The notes beneath the pieces were generated by a model. It made no database searches. It was not told where the DNA came from and saw only the letters and a program-made list of their open reading frames with translations. A stretch of DNA of 64,000 nucleotides from Chrysomallon squamiferum (taxonomy: Eukaryota > Animalia > Mollusca), in NCBI GenBank assembly GCA_012295275.1, contig CM022675.1, positions 13,888,001-13,952,000 of the forward strand. The letters run 5' to 3'. This document shows, piece after piece, positions 27,068 to 42,945 of this stretch; the stretch's first letter is position 1; each line of letters begins with the position of its first letter. Made by a program: the position numbers and the translations under genes.

Positions 27068-27769
27068 GTAAACAGATACTGTCATAAATCTTACATCTTC
27101 ATTAGTTTGAAATATGTCAAATGTGATATAAACATATATTTATTTCCCTGTGCGAATGCGCTTGTATCTGTCTGTCTGTCTAACGATACCTCAGCACAAA
27201 AATTAGCTATTGGGTGTCATTCAAAGATAAACATTGTGCATGTGTCTGTTATAATTTGTAAATCATTTAATAGCTTGCTAATGATTTAGAGGTGTACTCG
27301 ATCAACTCCAAATACCATGCAAACTTATGTGTACGTGCATGCGTGCATTGTGCGTGAGAAATTGTATTTAAATACATTTGCATGTCTATTTATAGACATA
27401 TTAACACATACATACACAAACCGATACTTGTTGCTTATGCACTGAATGTTTAGTTGTTAACAGAAATTTACTTAATCTTTGTGAAGGGTTATACATGACA
27501 TTTAGAATCTTGTTTACAAAATTAGAAAGTTTTTACGAATTTGGGCCCGTAGTCCCAGACCATACTGAAATAGCTAAAAATATTTAAAATAACGTTAAAT
27601 TCACGTCGACTCAGCTTTTGAAGATTATTTGTTCCCCTCTATGATCATGTCGACTCAGCTTTTGAAGATTAATTGTTCCCCTCCATGCGTTTCTGGGAAA
27701 TATTTATTTATGTGTCATAACTCTCGTCATCTTAGATTTTGTATTCAGACAAGTTATGGTTTTGTTACT

Positions 27770-27812
<43 letters not shown>

Positions 27813-28757
27813 TTTTTGTTAAGTTTAGTTTAGTTTAGTTTATTTATTCGTTTTTCTTGTCCTTTCTTTTTTTTCTCTCTTTTTTTCCTGTTTGTTTTTG
27901 TTGTTTTGTTCGTTTGTTATATATCTTTAAATAGATGAGTACAGACAGACAAACAAACAAACAAACAAATAAAGATATATTTAAAAACATTTTTGGTACT
28001 GTTCCATTATCAGTATTTATATGACAACAACAGTTAATATATCAAACCTTTATGTATTTTTGTATGCGTATATTGTGTTTATTATGTTTGTTACGTTGTG
28101 TTACGTCACGTTACATTACATTATAATTATTACATTACTGTATTGTATTGATCAGTTACTTGGATAACAATTTTCTACATTATGTATTTATTCTTCTAGT
28201 AAAATACTTCTAAAAATTTAAAACCTATTTTTGATTGTAGCAGATAGTCAGTGTTTTCAATCATCATACTACTGCTGATACTACTACTACAACTAACACT
28301 ACTACTAACACTACTACTACGACTACTAACACTACTACTACTACTACTATGACTACTATTAATAGTAATTATTATTATTATTATTATTATTGTTATTATT
28401 ATTATTTAAATATTCTTTTTACAATTTGTTATAAGTAAGTAATGATTAGAATTAAAGATAGTAGATAAAAATATTATTGATTTTTAATATTTGTTATTCC
28501 AGCAGTTTTTGTAATCAGTATTTTCCTCACTTAAAATGTTTCTATAAACTTCTGTCCGAATTTTTTTTTTATGCTTTATTTGTTGTCGAGAAAATTATAA
28601 CTCATCCCGAACACCCCCAGACACACACACAAACAAAATATGCACAACAGCGGACAAAAAAGTCCCAAAAAGTAATAGGAAAATGATTTATAATTATAAT
28701 TATTTTAAAACTAAAACGAGAGAGCTCGACCGACCAACACGTGTTGGTTGTTTAATC

Positions 28758-29350
28758 GGTGACTGGAAAAAAGTCACACACTGTATGAGTTTGCAGAGTA
28801 CTGAATGTGGCATCATAGTATGCTACGGGGTAATTCTTAAGCGTATTGACTGGGCCAGATTAAAGAAAGGGGCTCCATAATGGGTCTAGCTTGCATTTAG
28901 CTTATTGATTAGTATAGATTTAAACTAAGGGCTTCTTGTTGTAAATGATTTATAAAATGTCCCAGGTTAAAATGTGTTTCAGTATATATTCTCCAGCTTG
29001 CTCTAGTATCAGAAGTATGTTTAATATGGAAATTATTCATACCAATAAGGGTGGTAACAAAATTGGTTATGAGGGGTTCATGTATACCAAACATGCAACT
29101 CATAAAACAAAGTTGTGGTGGAAATGCGTCAAAAAATCTAGTTGTAACTGTCGAGGTTCAGAGAGAGCCTTGAGAACTGCAATTTGCGATGTTGCAGAAT
29201 TTCTTCGTGGTATTGTGTGGAACATCCTCCTAAACCACCAACATTAAAATTCAAAGAACATGTGTTTCATCTATCTTTCATTTCTAATATATTTCTTAAT
29301 TTTAATAAAAAAAAATTACTTTTTTTTCTGTGACTTTTTTCCCTAGAATC
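28758..29350 (+). mobile_element. Non-autonomous MULE/FLYWCH deletion derivative, copy B
   Basis: TIR core GGAAAAAAGTCACA...TGTGACTTTTTTCC; flanking 8-bp direct repeat GTTTAATC (28750-28757, 29351-29358); ORF 28945..29247 has a FLYWCH N-part (TNKGGNKIGYEGFMYTKH...WWKCVKKSSCNCRGS) fused to a transposase-like C-terminal tail (EFLRGIVWNI). Confidence 0.8.
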
Positions 29351-30536
29351 GTTTAATCATCGCTAAAAGACCAAATGGGGGGAAATGTCTAGAAAGTAAT
29401 TATAGCTATTTTTCTCAATCAAATTGTAAATAATAACCTGACACAGCGACCTTTGACCTTGTTGAATTTAATAACTCCATTTTTACACGCCTCATGTGTC
29501 ATTCACCGACTTTATTTGCGCGAAAAATCAATTTCATTCTTCTCTACAGAATTTCCTTCTACGTTTCTGCGCTCCCTAGAAACCGGGGAATTCTTGTTCA
29601 TTTCCGAAGATTTTTTTTTTTTGTTTTCCCCCGCTGGTAATCAATCGTAGTCTGTTGTCAGTTTCTGTGCAATTACACCTCGAACAACCAGATCTGATTC
29701 AGACAAAAGTTTGCCATTAAAAAAAACAAAAAGAAAAAATATGAAGAAAAAAATGTTTGACAGCAGTTTATTTTTTTTAATAATAATAAAAAAAAAAAAA
29801 AAACACCAAACAAAAAGAAACAACAAAAAATAAAAAACAATCATAAAAAAAAATAAAATAAAAGATAAAAAATACGAATAATAAAAAAAAAAAAAAAAAA
29901 TCTAGCAAAATAACAAGAAGAGAAAAAAATTCGGAGCCGAAATATGTAAAGAGAATATTTTCAACAAACAGCATTTTTATGATTAAAAATTATTTCTTCT
30001 CATTACCGAATATACAAACATTATTTGGTTAATATAGTTTAGTAATAAACTAGACTTAAAACACTGTCAATAATAAACCAGACTTAGAAAGTTGTTAGTA
30101 ATAAACTAGAATTAGCGACTTACAGAAACTAATCGTCAAGTAAGGTTTTGTGAATTCGGTTTCTGGCAATTGGAGCTTATTATAAATAAGTGTAAATCGA
30201 TGTTTTACGTAAAGACGTTCATTCTGAAATGTAGTCGCCAAGCTGCGAAGACGTCGTTACATAACGTCATCATCAACGTGGACATTGCGGAGACGTGGCG
30301 ACGTAAAGAACAGAGATGGTTCAATCAGCAGGAAATTCAATTACAGTGAAGACGTCTTTTATTAAACACGTTACAGTCAATTCAACAGCATCGTGAGACG
30401 CGATCACCAATCTCACTTTGTGAGATGTGAGATGGCTTTTTGACCTCGCTTTACCCACGCAGTTCACCACAAATCTACCTTTTGTCAGTACAGAGCTAAA
30501 TTCAGTAATTAATTGGGATTTCAAAAGCAATTTACT

Positions 30537-30620
<84 letters not shown>

Positions 30621-32923
30621 CCTTTCTTTTTTCATTCTTTAATAATTTTGTTTTATTTTCACTTCTTTCTTTCATCTTCAATTCCCCCCCCCCGCCTATG
30701 TTTTCTGGATTTGTAAGTATTTCCCTCTGGTCTGTGTTGTTGTTTTGTTAAACGAGTATTTGGATTTCTTGTAATTGGGGATGTCACTCAAAAAGCCTTT
30801 CTTGTCATTATGATTACAACTGCGTCTGTTCGAAGCGTTGTGATGACGTCAGAGGGATTTGGCAGACGTGGTAAGAAAGAACGTTCGTCTGCTGAACAGA
30901 TAGGTGATTGACTTATGCAACAATTTGTTTGGATCATTTCTGGATAACAAAATACCATTTACATAGAGACGAGAACATCAAGATTTTTTAAATTTCTACT
31001 CGTACAAAGCGCTACACAAACAACAGCCCATTTGTACGTAACTACACGAACAAAACCACGTAACCCACTGCAAAATTCCACTTGCAAAATTTTCGATTGA
31101 TTGTAGGTGAAGTTGTGTTCATAATACTCGTTAAATATTGGTGAGTGGGTTTTTGTCAGAAAGCAGTATTTCCCCCACCCCTTCTTCTTCTCGAATGGGT
31201 GTGTCCTGTGAACATTTGGTTCACTTTGCTGGACGTTTGAAGAGCTAACGGCAGCGTGTGAGGTTGTGGTCTTTTCCATTACAGCGCAGTTAAGATTACG
31301 TTTTACATTACTGATCTAATCTTATCTGTTGATCACAGCTCGTATGAAAACTGTTCTAAAAAGATCAATGTTAACATAACAACAGCTGAATTGTAATAGC
31401 ATACAGATTAAATGTTGTTTATGCGAGTGAATAATGTTTATGAGTAAAAGTAGTAAACGGGAGACTTATTTGGACTCAAGTTAATGTATAATTTAAATCT
31501 GTATTTAGTTTGTATGAATTAATGAATGCCATATTCAGTGAACGCATAACAAATAAGTGCATCAATAAAATGAACGAACGGATTTTCCAGATTATTTATT
31601 AAATTAGACCCTACGGTAATCGCATATTGTATTTGGGACTTGCACCAACCAGTGATTTCAATGTGATTTCGGCATCATTTATTCCATCATTTTTCTACTG
31701 AGTTAACCACTTTCTTATTATTCTTCATATATATATATCTTTTATTTTTTTATTTTTCAACCCTGGTACAAATAACTTGTCGTACTCTAACTCTGGTACG
31801 CATGATTTACAGTACCCAAACTGTTATCTGCTGAAATGTTTCATTTTTATTGCTTCCTTTTATCTTCTGTGCACTTAATTTTTTTCTGTCTTTATTTATG
31901 AGGTGAAATATAAATGACTTTTTAACTTTTCACTAGAGGCCATAAATGAATATTCTTTATTTTTTTAACTAATAATTATTTTTTTTTATTTTTTTTAATA
32001 CTTTTTTGTTTTGTTTTATGAATATCTGGCATTTATTTCCTGTTTCGTTGATTAAAAGACAGAACGTGATATATTACTTCCTTCTGCGCAGCAACAAAAG
32101 TGCGCATCGCGTCATCTGACACGTCAATTATGCACGAGCAGGTATTTATTTCGTAATGGCGTAATCTTTTCATTTTCTCCAAGGCATCGATAGTTTCTGA
32201 ACCGAATTCAGTAAATTTTTAATATTTATGCACATTTTTCTAATAAATGAATGAACAGCACAAAACAACAGTATCAGTAATAATAGTAGTAGTAGTAGTA
32301 GTAGTAATAATAATAATAATAATAGTTACAGCAATAACTACAAAACGTAATAGTAATTATTTAAAATAATCGGCTGTTTTTTGTATTACTTTCTTCATTT
32401 TATTTTTCTTTCATTATTAATTAGAAATTTAGTTTCTGTCTTTGTAATCATCAGAATATTATCATCAAAATGTCGCTGTCATGTTGATACACAGATTGAT
32501 TTGTCACTGAGAAATACAGTTTTGTGTTTGTGTGTATCTGTGTATGCGTGTATGTATGTGTGTGTTTCAACGTTACTCACTTAATTGTTTCTTGCTTTGA
32601 TCTCTATCTCATTTTGATATATTTATCGTGTTTACATTTCTTCTTCATCATGGGTTTCTTCTTCTTATTATTACTATTACTATTACTGGAATTAAATGAT
32701 TTAGAATATTAAAATTATTTTAACACATTACGACCTATTTTCTTTTTCTTCTATATGGTAATACTCATTTACTGTATATAGAATTACTTTCCAAAGTGAC
32801 TTTCTTTGAGTGAAATCGATTTTCTGTGTGTCTTGTGTTAAAAGAGCAAAACAAGGCACCGAGTACGTACTAAGAGTTTTCTTCAACAGCTCGAGATAAT
32901 TTTGTTATGAGTACTGCTCTGCG

Positions 32924-34290
32924 GTGTCTGATTCAGTCTACTAAACCACTAGTGTCTGATTCAGTCTACTAAACCACTAGTGTCTGATTCAGTCTACTAA
33001 ACCACTAGTGTCTGATTTAGTCTACTAAAACACTGGTGTCTGATTTAGTCTACTAAAACACTAGTGTCTAATTTACCTCTACTGAAACACCAGTGTCTGA
33101 TTTACGTCTACTGAAACACCAGTGTCTGATTTACGTCTACTAACACACTGGTGTCTGATTTACGTCTACTAAAACACTAGTGTCTGATTTAGTCTACTAA
33201 AACACTAGTGTCTGATTTAGTCTACTAAACCACTGGTGTCTGATTTACGTCTACTAAAACACTAGTGTCTGATTTACGTCTACTAAAACATTAGTGTCTG
33301 ATATGCATCTACTAAAACATTAGTGTCTTATTAACGTCTACTAAAACAATAGTGTCTGATTTCCGTATACTAAAACAACAGTGTCTAAAATACTAGTTTC
33401 TGATTGAAGTCTACTAAAACTCTGGTGTCTGATTCACGTCTACTAAAACAGTAGTGTCTGATTTACGTCTACTAAAACACCAGTGTCTGGCTTACATCTA
33501 CTTAAACACTAGTGTCTGATTTACATCTACTAAAACATTAGTGTCTGATTTATATCTACTAAAACAATAGTGTCTAAAACACTAGTTTCTGGTTTACGTC
33601 TACTAAAATACTAGTGTCTGATTTACGTCTACTAAAACACTAGTGTCTGATTTACGTCTACTAAAACACCACTGTCTGATTTACATCTACTAAAACAATA
33701 GTGTCTAACATACTAGTTTCTGGTTTACGTCTACTAAAACACTAGTGTCTGGTTTACGTCTATTAAACATTGATTTACCTCTACTAAGACACCAGTGTCT
33801 GATTTACATCTACTAAAACACTGGTGTCTGATTTACATCTACTAAAACACTGGTGTGTGATTTACATCTACTAAAACATTAATGTCTGATTTACATCTAC
33901 TAAAACACTGTGTCTGATTTACATCTACTAAAACACTGTGTCTGATTTACTTCTACTAAAACACTGGTGTCTGATTTACATCTACTAAAACACTGGTGTC
34001 TGATTTACATCTACTAAAACATTAATGTCTGATTTACATCTACTAAAACACTGGTGTCTGATTTACGTCTACTAAAACATTAATGTCTGATTTACATCTA
34101 CTAAAACACTGTGGTGATTTCTTCTATAAAACATTAATGTCTGATTTACATCTACTAAAAACACTGGTGTCTGATTTACTTCTACTAAAACATTAATGTC
34201 TGATTTACATCTACTAAAACACTGGTGTCTGATTTACATCTACTAAAACATTAATGTCTGATTTACATCTACTAAAACACTGGTGTCTGC
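32924..34290. repeat. 29-bp minisatellite (~47 units)
   Basis: tagtgtctgatttacgtctactaaaacac. Confidence 0.95.
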
Positions 34291-34906
34291 TTTTTTTTTT
34301 TGTGACGATAATATGTAACTCATTTATATATAAATACACACAGTTTAAATTATAAATCCAAGTTTAGTACTCTGTAAGATAAATAGCTAGATAGCTAGAT
34401 AGCTAGATAGCTAGATAGCTAGATAGATAGATAGATACATACATACATGCATGCATACGTACATATATACATGTAGAGGCAGATACATACATATATAATA
34501 TATACATTCATACACAGATAAATAAATAGATAGTCAATTTAGCATTCTCCGTTTTCAAAGTAAAACTCATTAATTTTGTAAAATATCAACTGATCAGTGA
34601 AACCGCCAAGAGCTGTGAACCGTGCACTGTCTGTCTCTCTGTCTGTCAGCATATGCCAGATGTAAATATTGTTATTTCAGAAACTGATAACAAACTCAGT
34701 GCGCTGATATTATATCCAGCTCAGTTTTCTGCTGATGGCTCAAAATGAGAAAACTTTTGACATTTTAATTATGACGTCTGTGCTTGGACGAGTTAATTTA
34801 TCACTTGGTGTTTTCAGGATGTTTGTGGTCGTTTCAGGGATTTGCAGAGTCCGTTTAAAACCTTGTTATTGATTTTCACTGTATTTCAATTGTCTAAAAA
34901 GAAGTT

Positions 34907-35022
<116 letters not shown>

Positions 35023-35854
35023 TCCCCTCCTCCCTCTCTCTTTCTCTTATATATATATAAAGGGATAAAAAAAGAAGGAAAGAAATAATAATATCAACTA
35101 AAACCAAAAATAACTGCTGTCTGTCACAGCAGAAGTATTATTGTTCGTTAACAAAATAAGATTTTTTTTTTTTTTTTTTTTGACAAACGGAATCTGAACG
35201 GTCTGGACCAGCTCATTAAACGAGATGATGAAGCCATACACAAATGTTCTACCTTCTCTTGAAGAGTTCGTAAGGTGCAATAACTCAACTATTTCTAGAC
35301 AGATTCATTTGTCTTGACAATAGGCTTAGTTTTTCAAAAAAATGTAGCAGCTTGCTTCTCTCGAATCGTTATTAAAACAAACACACAAACAAACAAACAA
35401 ACAAACAAACCTTGCAAAATCCTTATATTGTACAACACAAACATGGACACACACACACAGACACACACCACGGACACACACACGCGCTCGTGACATAGAT
35501 ATACTAGATGCACACAAAAATGTGACACACACGCACACATCAGATGCACACAAATTAGACACACTAGATACACTAGATATGCACCCATTATACACACACT
35601 ACACGCCGCTCACATATTAAAGAGACAAACATTAGGTCACGTGACAGTAACATTACTTTATTTTAGTCGGTTGATCCACAACACTTTTATTTTGGGTAGA
35701 TATCGAAATTACTTTGCAAAAGAGTACGACAAAAACACTTTAAACAAAACAATTCCTTCTTAAGAATAGGTATTCGCGGTCATACGAGAAACCTTACTGT
35801 CTGTCAACGTTGTACAGTCAACAAATACTGCAGTCGACATTTAGCTTTCGGCGT

Positions 35855-36467
35855 GGTATCCCATTTAGCGGATCGCTGCTGTCAACGTCTGTTCACATTT
35901 AGAAGAGATCGCTGCTGTCAACGTTTGTTCACATTTAGCAGATCGCTGCTTCAACGTTTGTCCACATTTAGCAGATTGCTGCTGTCAACGTTTGTCAACG
36001 ATCTGTTCAACGTTTGTTTAGCAGATCGCTGCTTCAACGTTTGTCCACATTTAGCAGATTGCTGCTGTCAACGTTTGTCCACATTTAGCAGATCGCTGCT
36101 TCAACGTTTGTCCACATTAGGAGATCGCTGTTGTCAACGTTTGTCCACATTTAGCAGATCGCTGCTGTCAACGTTTGTCCACATTAGGAGATCGCTGTTG
36201 TCAACGTTTGTCCACATTTAGCAGATCGCTGCTGTCAACGTTTGTCCACATTTAGCAGATCGCTGCTGTCAACGTTTGTCCACATTTAGCAGATTGCTGC
36301 TGTCAACGTTTGTCCACATTTAGCAGATCGCTGCTTCAACGTTTGTCCACATTAGGAGATCGCTGTTGTCAACGTTTGTCCACATTTAACAGATCGCTGT
36401 TGTCGACGTTTGTCCACATTTAGCAGATCGCTGCTGTCAACGTTTGTCCACATTTAGCAGATCGCTG
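35855..36467. repeat. 33-34-bp CpG-containing minisatellite (~17 units)
   Basis: gtcaacgtttgtccacatttagcagatcgctgct. Confidence 0.95.
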
Positions 36468-37525
36468 CCGGCAGTGCCAATTACCGGAGCTCTGGCTTGT
36501 CTTAACATCTGATCATTAATATGTCAGTCTCAGCGAAATCAACGCGAGCCAGAAAGTTAAATCTATTTGTGAGACGTGACATCCATTTGTGAATGAAGAC
36601 AAACTGTCACTATCCGCATTTTCGTAAACACACAGCCTAAATAACACGGCTTTTCCAGTTACACACTGAAAATAACATTACAACTCTTTTTTCCCTTGCA
36701 GTAAACAAAGGTAACGCTATCGCTTTTGTTTCAACAGATCTAAAATGCCTTGTTATTGCTGTTGTTGTTGTCGTCGTCGTCATCGTCGTCATTGTTGTTG
36801 TTGCTGTTACAACCGCAGATAATAAAGGATATAGTAATAAAGGATGTTGCTGTAGTAGTACTAGTAGTAAGGACAGCAAGTGTAGTAATAATAATTGGAT
36901 AAATAGTAATAATTGCAGCAGTAGTAACAGCTGTTTTTGTTGTAGTAGTTGAGGTAGTATGGTAGTAGTAATAACAGCAGCAGCAATAGCGGCATTTCAA
37001 TCACTCGGTAGTAGTAATGACAGATTTTGTTGCAGAAAGAGTTTGCATTTACTAAGCTGTGAGTTATTCTGGGACTCTCATAACTCTGTTATTTAAATGA
37101 AGCCAAAATAAAAAAAACCCAAAAGTTATTTCTATTCTCATCACTGACATAATTGAAAGATCTTGTTACTTTGATGTGATCGTTCTGTACACTGAAAAGA
37201 TTTATTGTGTAATCAATACCGTTCTCTCAAGTTTTACTACGCTTGAAGTCAGGACGAAGTAATAAAGCGATCGACCGGTTCACGCCAGGTTGTGCCTGTC
37301 AAGTTTGATGGCGGCTTTCACAGATTTTGATTATGAATTAATTGCGATGTGATGAATGCGACACGTTTTAATGAAGCGAGGTCGCTGCAGCCATATTACA
37401 ACTACTAGTACTACTACTACTGCTACTACTACTACTACTACTACTACTAATAATAATAATAATAATAACAGTAAGAATATTCATATTATTATCAATATTA
37501 TTCTTGCTGTTGCTGTTGCAGGTGT

Positions 37526-37557
<32 letters not shown>

Positions 37558-37774
37558 ATAATAATAATAATCATAACAACAACAACAATAAAATAAATAG
37601 ACAAAAATAATAATAATTAAAAACTGTCAAACATAAAACAAAATAAAATAAATAAATAATAAAAAACAGATTCCCCTCCCAAATATTTAGGTTTTTTTAT
37701 ATTAAATTATTTAGCAATTATTAATAGGCGTCAAGGCATTCTTTCTGATTTTAATCTTCAGTCTAATTCAAGAA

Positions 37775-37818
<44 letters not shown>

Positions 37819-39247
37819 TATAATAATAATAATAATTTATTTATTTATTTAACTGTGTTAATCACTATGGAAACATTTATAGAAAACAAAAACACAAAAA
37901 TACTAAACGGGATAATTTACATTTTAAAATATCTACTAACTTTTCGATATCTGCTTAGAAAAAAAAATTAAAATTAAAAATTAAAAAATTAATAAATGAG
38001 TAGTTGTCACTAGTCACGATTCAGGCGATAGTGAAGTTCTGAGATTTAAAAGTAAGTGTGAAATAAATTTGTTCAAAACTCAGAAACTCGACGTTTTACT
38101 TTTTTTTTATTCAGTTAAAAAGTTTGGATTAATATTTTATTTCTGAAAAAGTTTTCATTCGTACACGACACTCAATTTCTTTGACGTTAAAAATGAATAT
38201 TCATGAACTATTTAAGATGTTTAAAACAAACCGAAAATGTCAATGGACCATCCATTATACACTGTTAAGTACTCTGCTAGCGGCTGTTAACAGACATTTT
38301 AATTTTTTCTTGAGCAGTGTGTGATTAGAAGTGTGTCCCTGTAGACACTTTACTAATTACCAGACAAGACTCATGAATATTCATGAGTTACAATAATTTG
38401 TATTTTATGACAAGTCAGTAGATGAAACGGCAACGATGATGATGATGATAATGTTGATGATGACGTTGAGTGTATGAGACTTTTTATATAACAGAAATAA
38501 ACACGAAACTCTCCGAAGCAGTACGCACAACACGAACACATTTTATATTCAGATCTTACAAATGCTTATTGCCTCAGCTAAAACGTTTAATTCTTTGAAA
38601 CTAGTGAATTGACAGACGAGGATAAAACGTGTTTGTTCCGCGGGTTACGGAGAAAATAATTGTCACAGTCCACTCCCAGACTGCCTCTCGGGCAAACAGA
38701 ATTAGGCTCCGGGAAATTGAATCTATAAATAAAACGTAAAATATTTTCCAAACCGCTAATCTCGATTATGTCCCTGAGTTGTTTAACTGAATACGAAACT
38801 AAGACTAAGTGTTTGCTGACATCTTTACTGGTTAGTTGTCTGATCTATTAATACACGACAGTCTTGTTTGACTGAACATTGTGACGTAGTTCTTACGTAC
38901 AATGTAATTTAAAATGTAAATATTAATAACGTCAGTCTGCTGTTAATAACATAATATATTACCTAATAAAAGGAAAAGGAAATTGTGTTAAAGACCACTG
39001 TATACGAAATTATTAGCTGTTTTGTGAACTGATAATGTCTGTATGGTTTCAAAGAACTAATCGTTATTATCATTACAAAAACGATAACAATATAATGATG
39101 ACGGATAATGATAAAACGGATCAGTAATGATCTTTTACAAATTATGAAACACTCGATTAACGGAACACGAGGCACTTTTATTAAAATCTTTATTTCGTGC
39201 TTTGATGACATTCATATTCATTCTTAGGTTAGACATAGGAAAACAAA

Positions 39248-39250
<3 letters not shown>

Positions 39251-39343
<93 letters not shown>
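39251..39343. repeat. (CT)n microsatellite; others at 30541-30615, 34911-35040, 39865-39968, 42847-42941
   Basis: Direct reading. Confidence 0.95.
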
Positions 39344-39345
<2 letters not shown>

Positions 39346-39861
39346 GTGAGATGAATAACAGTGTCTGTCCTCCACGTTGCACTCACTGAGTCGTTTCGTG
39401 CGGTTTTTATCCGGTCTGCTAGAAAATCAGTAAAAATAAAAATAGACCAGGAAGCCGACTTACTTGCCTTAGACATCATCATTTACAGAGGTAATAATCT
39501 GTTTGAAATCTTATAACCGTTAGTATGAAAGTGTCGTAAAGCACTGCGGCATTGTCATCGACTGAGAAATCATCACCAGTTAGTTAACTTCGCGTAATTG
39601 TCTCATCGCGTGGCGTCACTGTCAAAGAGTAAACATATTTTTTTATACACACTAACTGACATATTTGTAATGCAAGTCTGTGTTGACAATCTAAGCAGAA
39701 AATTGCATTAGCTCTGTTGACAGAAGGACGGACGGACACACAGTAACTGGGAGAGTTAACAAAGCATTCGTGTTTGCGATTCTCAAGGGAGATAACTAGT
39801 AATGATTTCTTGACCTGGGTTGTAATTACAGACACTGTGACATTTTCGTGTAAAGTACAAT

Positions 39862-39973
<112 letters not shown>

Positions 39974-41139
39974 ATTCCTCCCTCCATTTCTGTCTGTGAT
40001 TTTTCTTTCTTCCTTTCTCTTCCCCTTCTATCCAACTCTCTTTCTCTCTTTCTGCAACCCAGCATCCCCGCTCTCTGTTCGTTCTTTTTCCCCCTCATTA
40101 CAGTTATTCACGGCTAATCTCTATAAATAACATTTACATGGTTTGCCACTGATAGCAAACACATCACCAGTGATGGAATTGATCTTTTCTTTAGACTGGG
40201 GACAACTGACAGAAAAGTTTATTCTCGTATTTCACCTCACGTCTTCACTCATATCTTTACAAGTCTCTCTTAGAGAACAGAGGACGCAAGCGAATTATAT
40301 TTGAATAATATGCCTCAGTTAGAAGCCAAAAAATTAATCGAATGACAAGCGATAGAAAAAGAGAGAGAGGCATGTGGTAAATTGGTTGTAAAAGCATAAT
40401 ATATCTGAGGCAGTTAAAATGAGGCCAGTCTTGACTAAATAATAGTATGCCTCAGTTGGTTAATCAGAATGGAGCGGGTGATGTGTAAACGTAACAGAGA
40501 AAGAGTGTTAGGCAGAAATATGAAAGGAGGTAATTAATAATGAGAATACTTCAGAAAATATAAATCTATTGGAATTTACAAATGGACCACTGAGATGTGT
40601 TGTAGAATTGTAAACACAGCAGTCTATAGAAAGCTGATTAGCTAGGGGGATATTGGGAGGGGGGGGGTGAATATCGTTTGTACAAGCTCTTTAGAAGAAA
40701 AAGAAAAAAAAAAAAAAAAAAATCGCGCTTGATTTAGACTCGACGAAAGAGCCAGAATCGTCCAGATGATATTGTGTGCAATCAACAGACGTAACAAAAT
40801 CTTGTATTAACTTCATTTCACGTGGTTAGTTTGTACACTGTGCGTCTGAAAGACCCGTGAGGACAGAACTAATTGTTCACACTTAATGTAGACTTTTAGC
40901 TCGAGACGTTTTGCCCACTGGTTTCGTTATAAACAAGCTAATGGTTTTCTGTGTCTGCGTCTCGGCTTTTCTGTAGCCGCCACCAGCTCTTAACTCCTCT
41001 GAACTTCAACATTAGTCAAATTAGCGTCCTCACTATCACTCCTTCTTTCTGCTACTATTTCCTGTGCCTCTGTCTCTTTTCATCTCCCTCTCTCTCTTTT
41101 ATACTCTTTTGTATATTTGTGTGCATTTATGTGTAATTA

Positions 41140-41360
<221 letters not shown>

Positions 41361-41912
41361 TTGGCTGTGTAAGTGCGTATGTACACGTGTATGTTTGTAT
41401 GTTTGTGTAGCGTGGATCTATAAAAAAAAGGAATATAAAAAGGAAACAAGACACACTAATAAACACGTGTAGGTGTTCCTGCCTCAGACGTCCCGTTGAT
41501 TTGCTGACACGACGCTGTTCACCTCGCCTCGCATTGATTACTCATTACAGGATCTACATACGCGCACTTAAAGTAGTCATACTGAGTGTAACGACGACGG
41601 CGAACACGGTAACGCCGTCGCTGCCGCATCGATCACGACTGTTGTTTTGAACTGAAGTTGCAGAGTGTGACGGACGTGGCTGTCGTCTGACATAAATCAT
41701 TACTCGCCGTTGACTTGACGTCGATACTTCTGACAACTTTTCTTATTAACGTTCTAATTATGCTTACTGATTTATCTGCACGCATTCAGAAGCGACATTA
41801 ATGATGTTAGCAACTGCAGCCACTTCAGTTCAAGAATTCATCACCGACAGCTTAAAGTGAGCAAACTTCTGATGTTGTCATCAAGTGATAAATCTGTTTA
41901 GTGACGTCAGAT

Positions 41913-41949
<37 letters not shown>

Positions 41950-41952
41950 TAT

Positions 41953-41986
<34 letters not shown>

Positions 41987-42840
41987 GGATAGATAGACGA
42001 CTGGATAAATAGATATGAACATAGATAGGTATATAGACAGAGAGAAAGACAGAGATGTAAATAGACAGATAGCATATATTGATTAAAAGTATTTTAAAAT
42101 AAGAATCTTTTTTTCTACACGATGTTACAAATAGATTTATAAAACTGAAATACAAAGAAATAAGGACAAAAAAGACAAAAAAAGACAACAAAAAAAATGT
42201 GGCTTCGCTCGCAGACATGTCAGTGAAAGGTAATGAACGACATTTTTAGTTTTCTTCATTTATTTGTTTCTTTGTGACTCAGACTGCGTCTCTGTCGTCG
42301 TGTTTGAGGAGGCAGACAGGTTGTTGCCAGACACGTCGTTTGTCAGTTACATCCGTCAGTCTAACACACGAACCTGAAACACACCGAGAACTGTGTTCAA
42401 ACAATACCGCACACCAGCATCGGCAGACTTTCTTCGTAATTACTTCAGCTCCGATAAATGTCAGAAATATAAAATAAAATTACTGGAGAAAAGAAGAAAG
42501 AAGAAAGAAGAAAGAAGAAAGAAAGAAGAAAGAAAGAACGGATTGATCGGATTAATTGAAAAAAGTTAACTGTGTTTGACAGAACTCATTTTATTTCCAC
42601 GTCAATAGAAGAGTCAATTTACAAAATGGATTTAGAAAAATCGATACAAATCGGTCAGAAGTAAATAGTTTACACAGTAACGTAACAAAACTGAAAATCA
42701 CGTTAAAATTAAAGCCGTTCAGCGGAATGATTCGAAAAGTAAACAGAAAAATGTAGTTTTCCTTGTAATTTTGTTTTCTCTCTGTCTGTCTCTCTTTATG
42801 CCTCTTCTTTAGTTTCTCCGTCTCTCTATCTCTTCCTTCC

Positions 42841-42945
<105 letters not shown>

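Noticed and set aside
28945-29247. Host FLYWCH zinc-finger gene
   Set aside because: Finger is truncated before the His ligands and sits between TIRs with a TSD; transposon-derived
41595-41620. GC hairpin CGACGGCG/CGCCGTCG as a Helitron 3' end
   Set aside because: No CTRR terminus at the expected distance and no other Helitron feature
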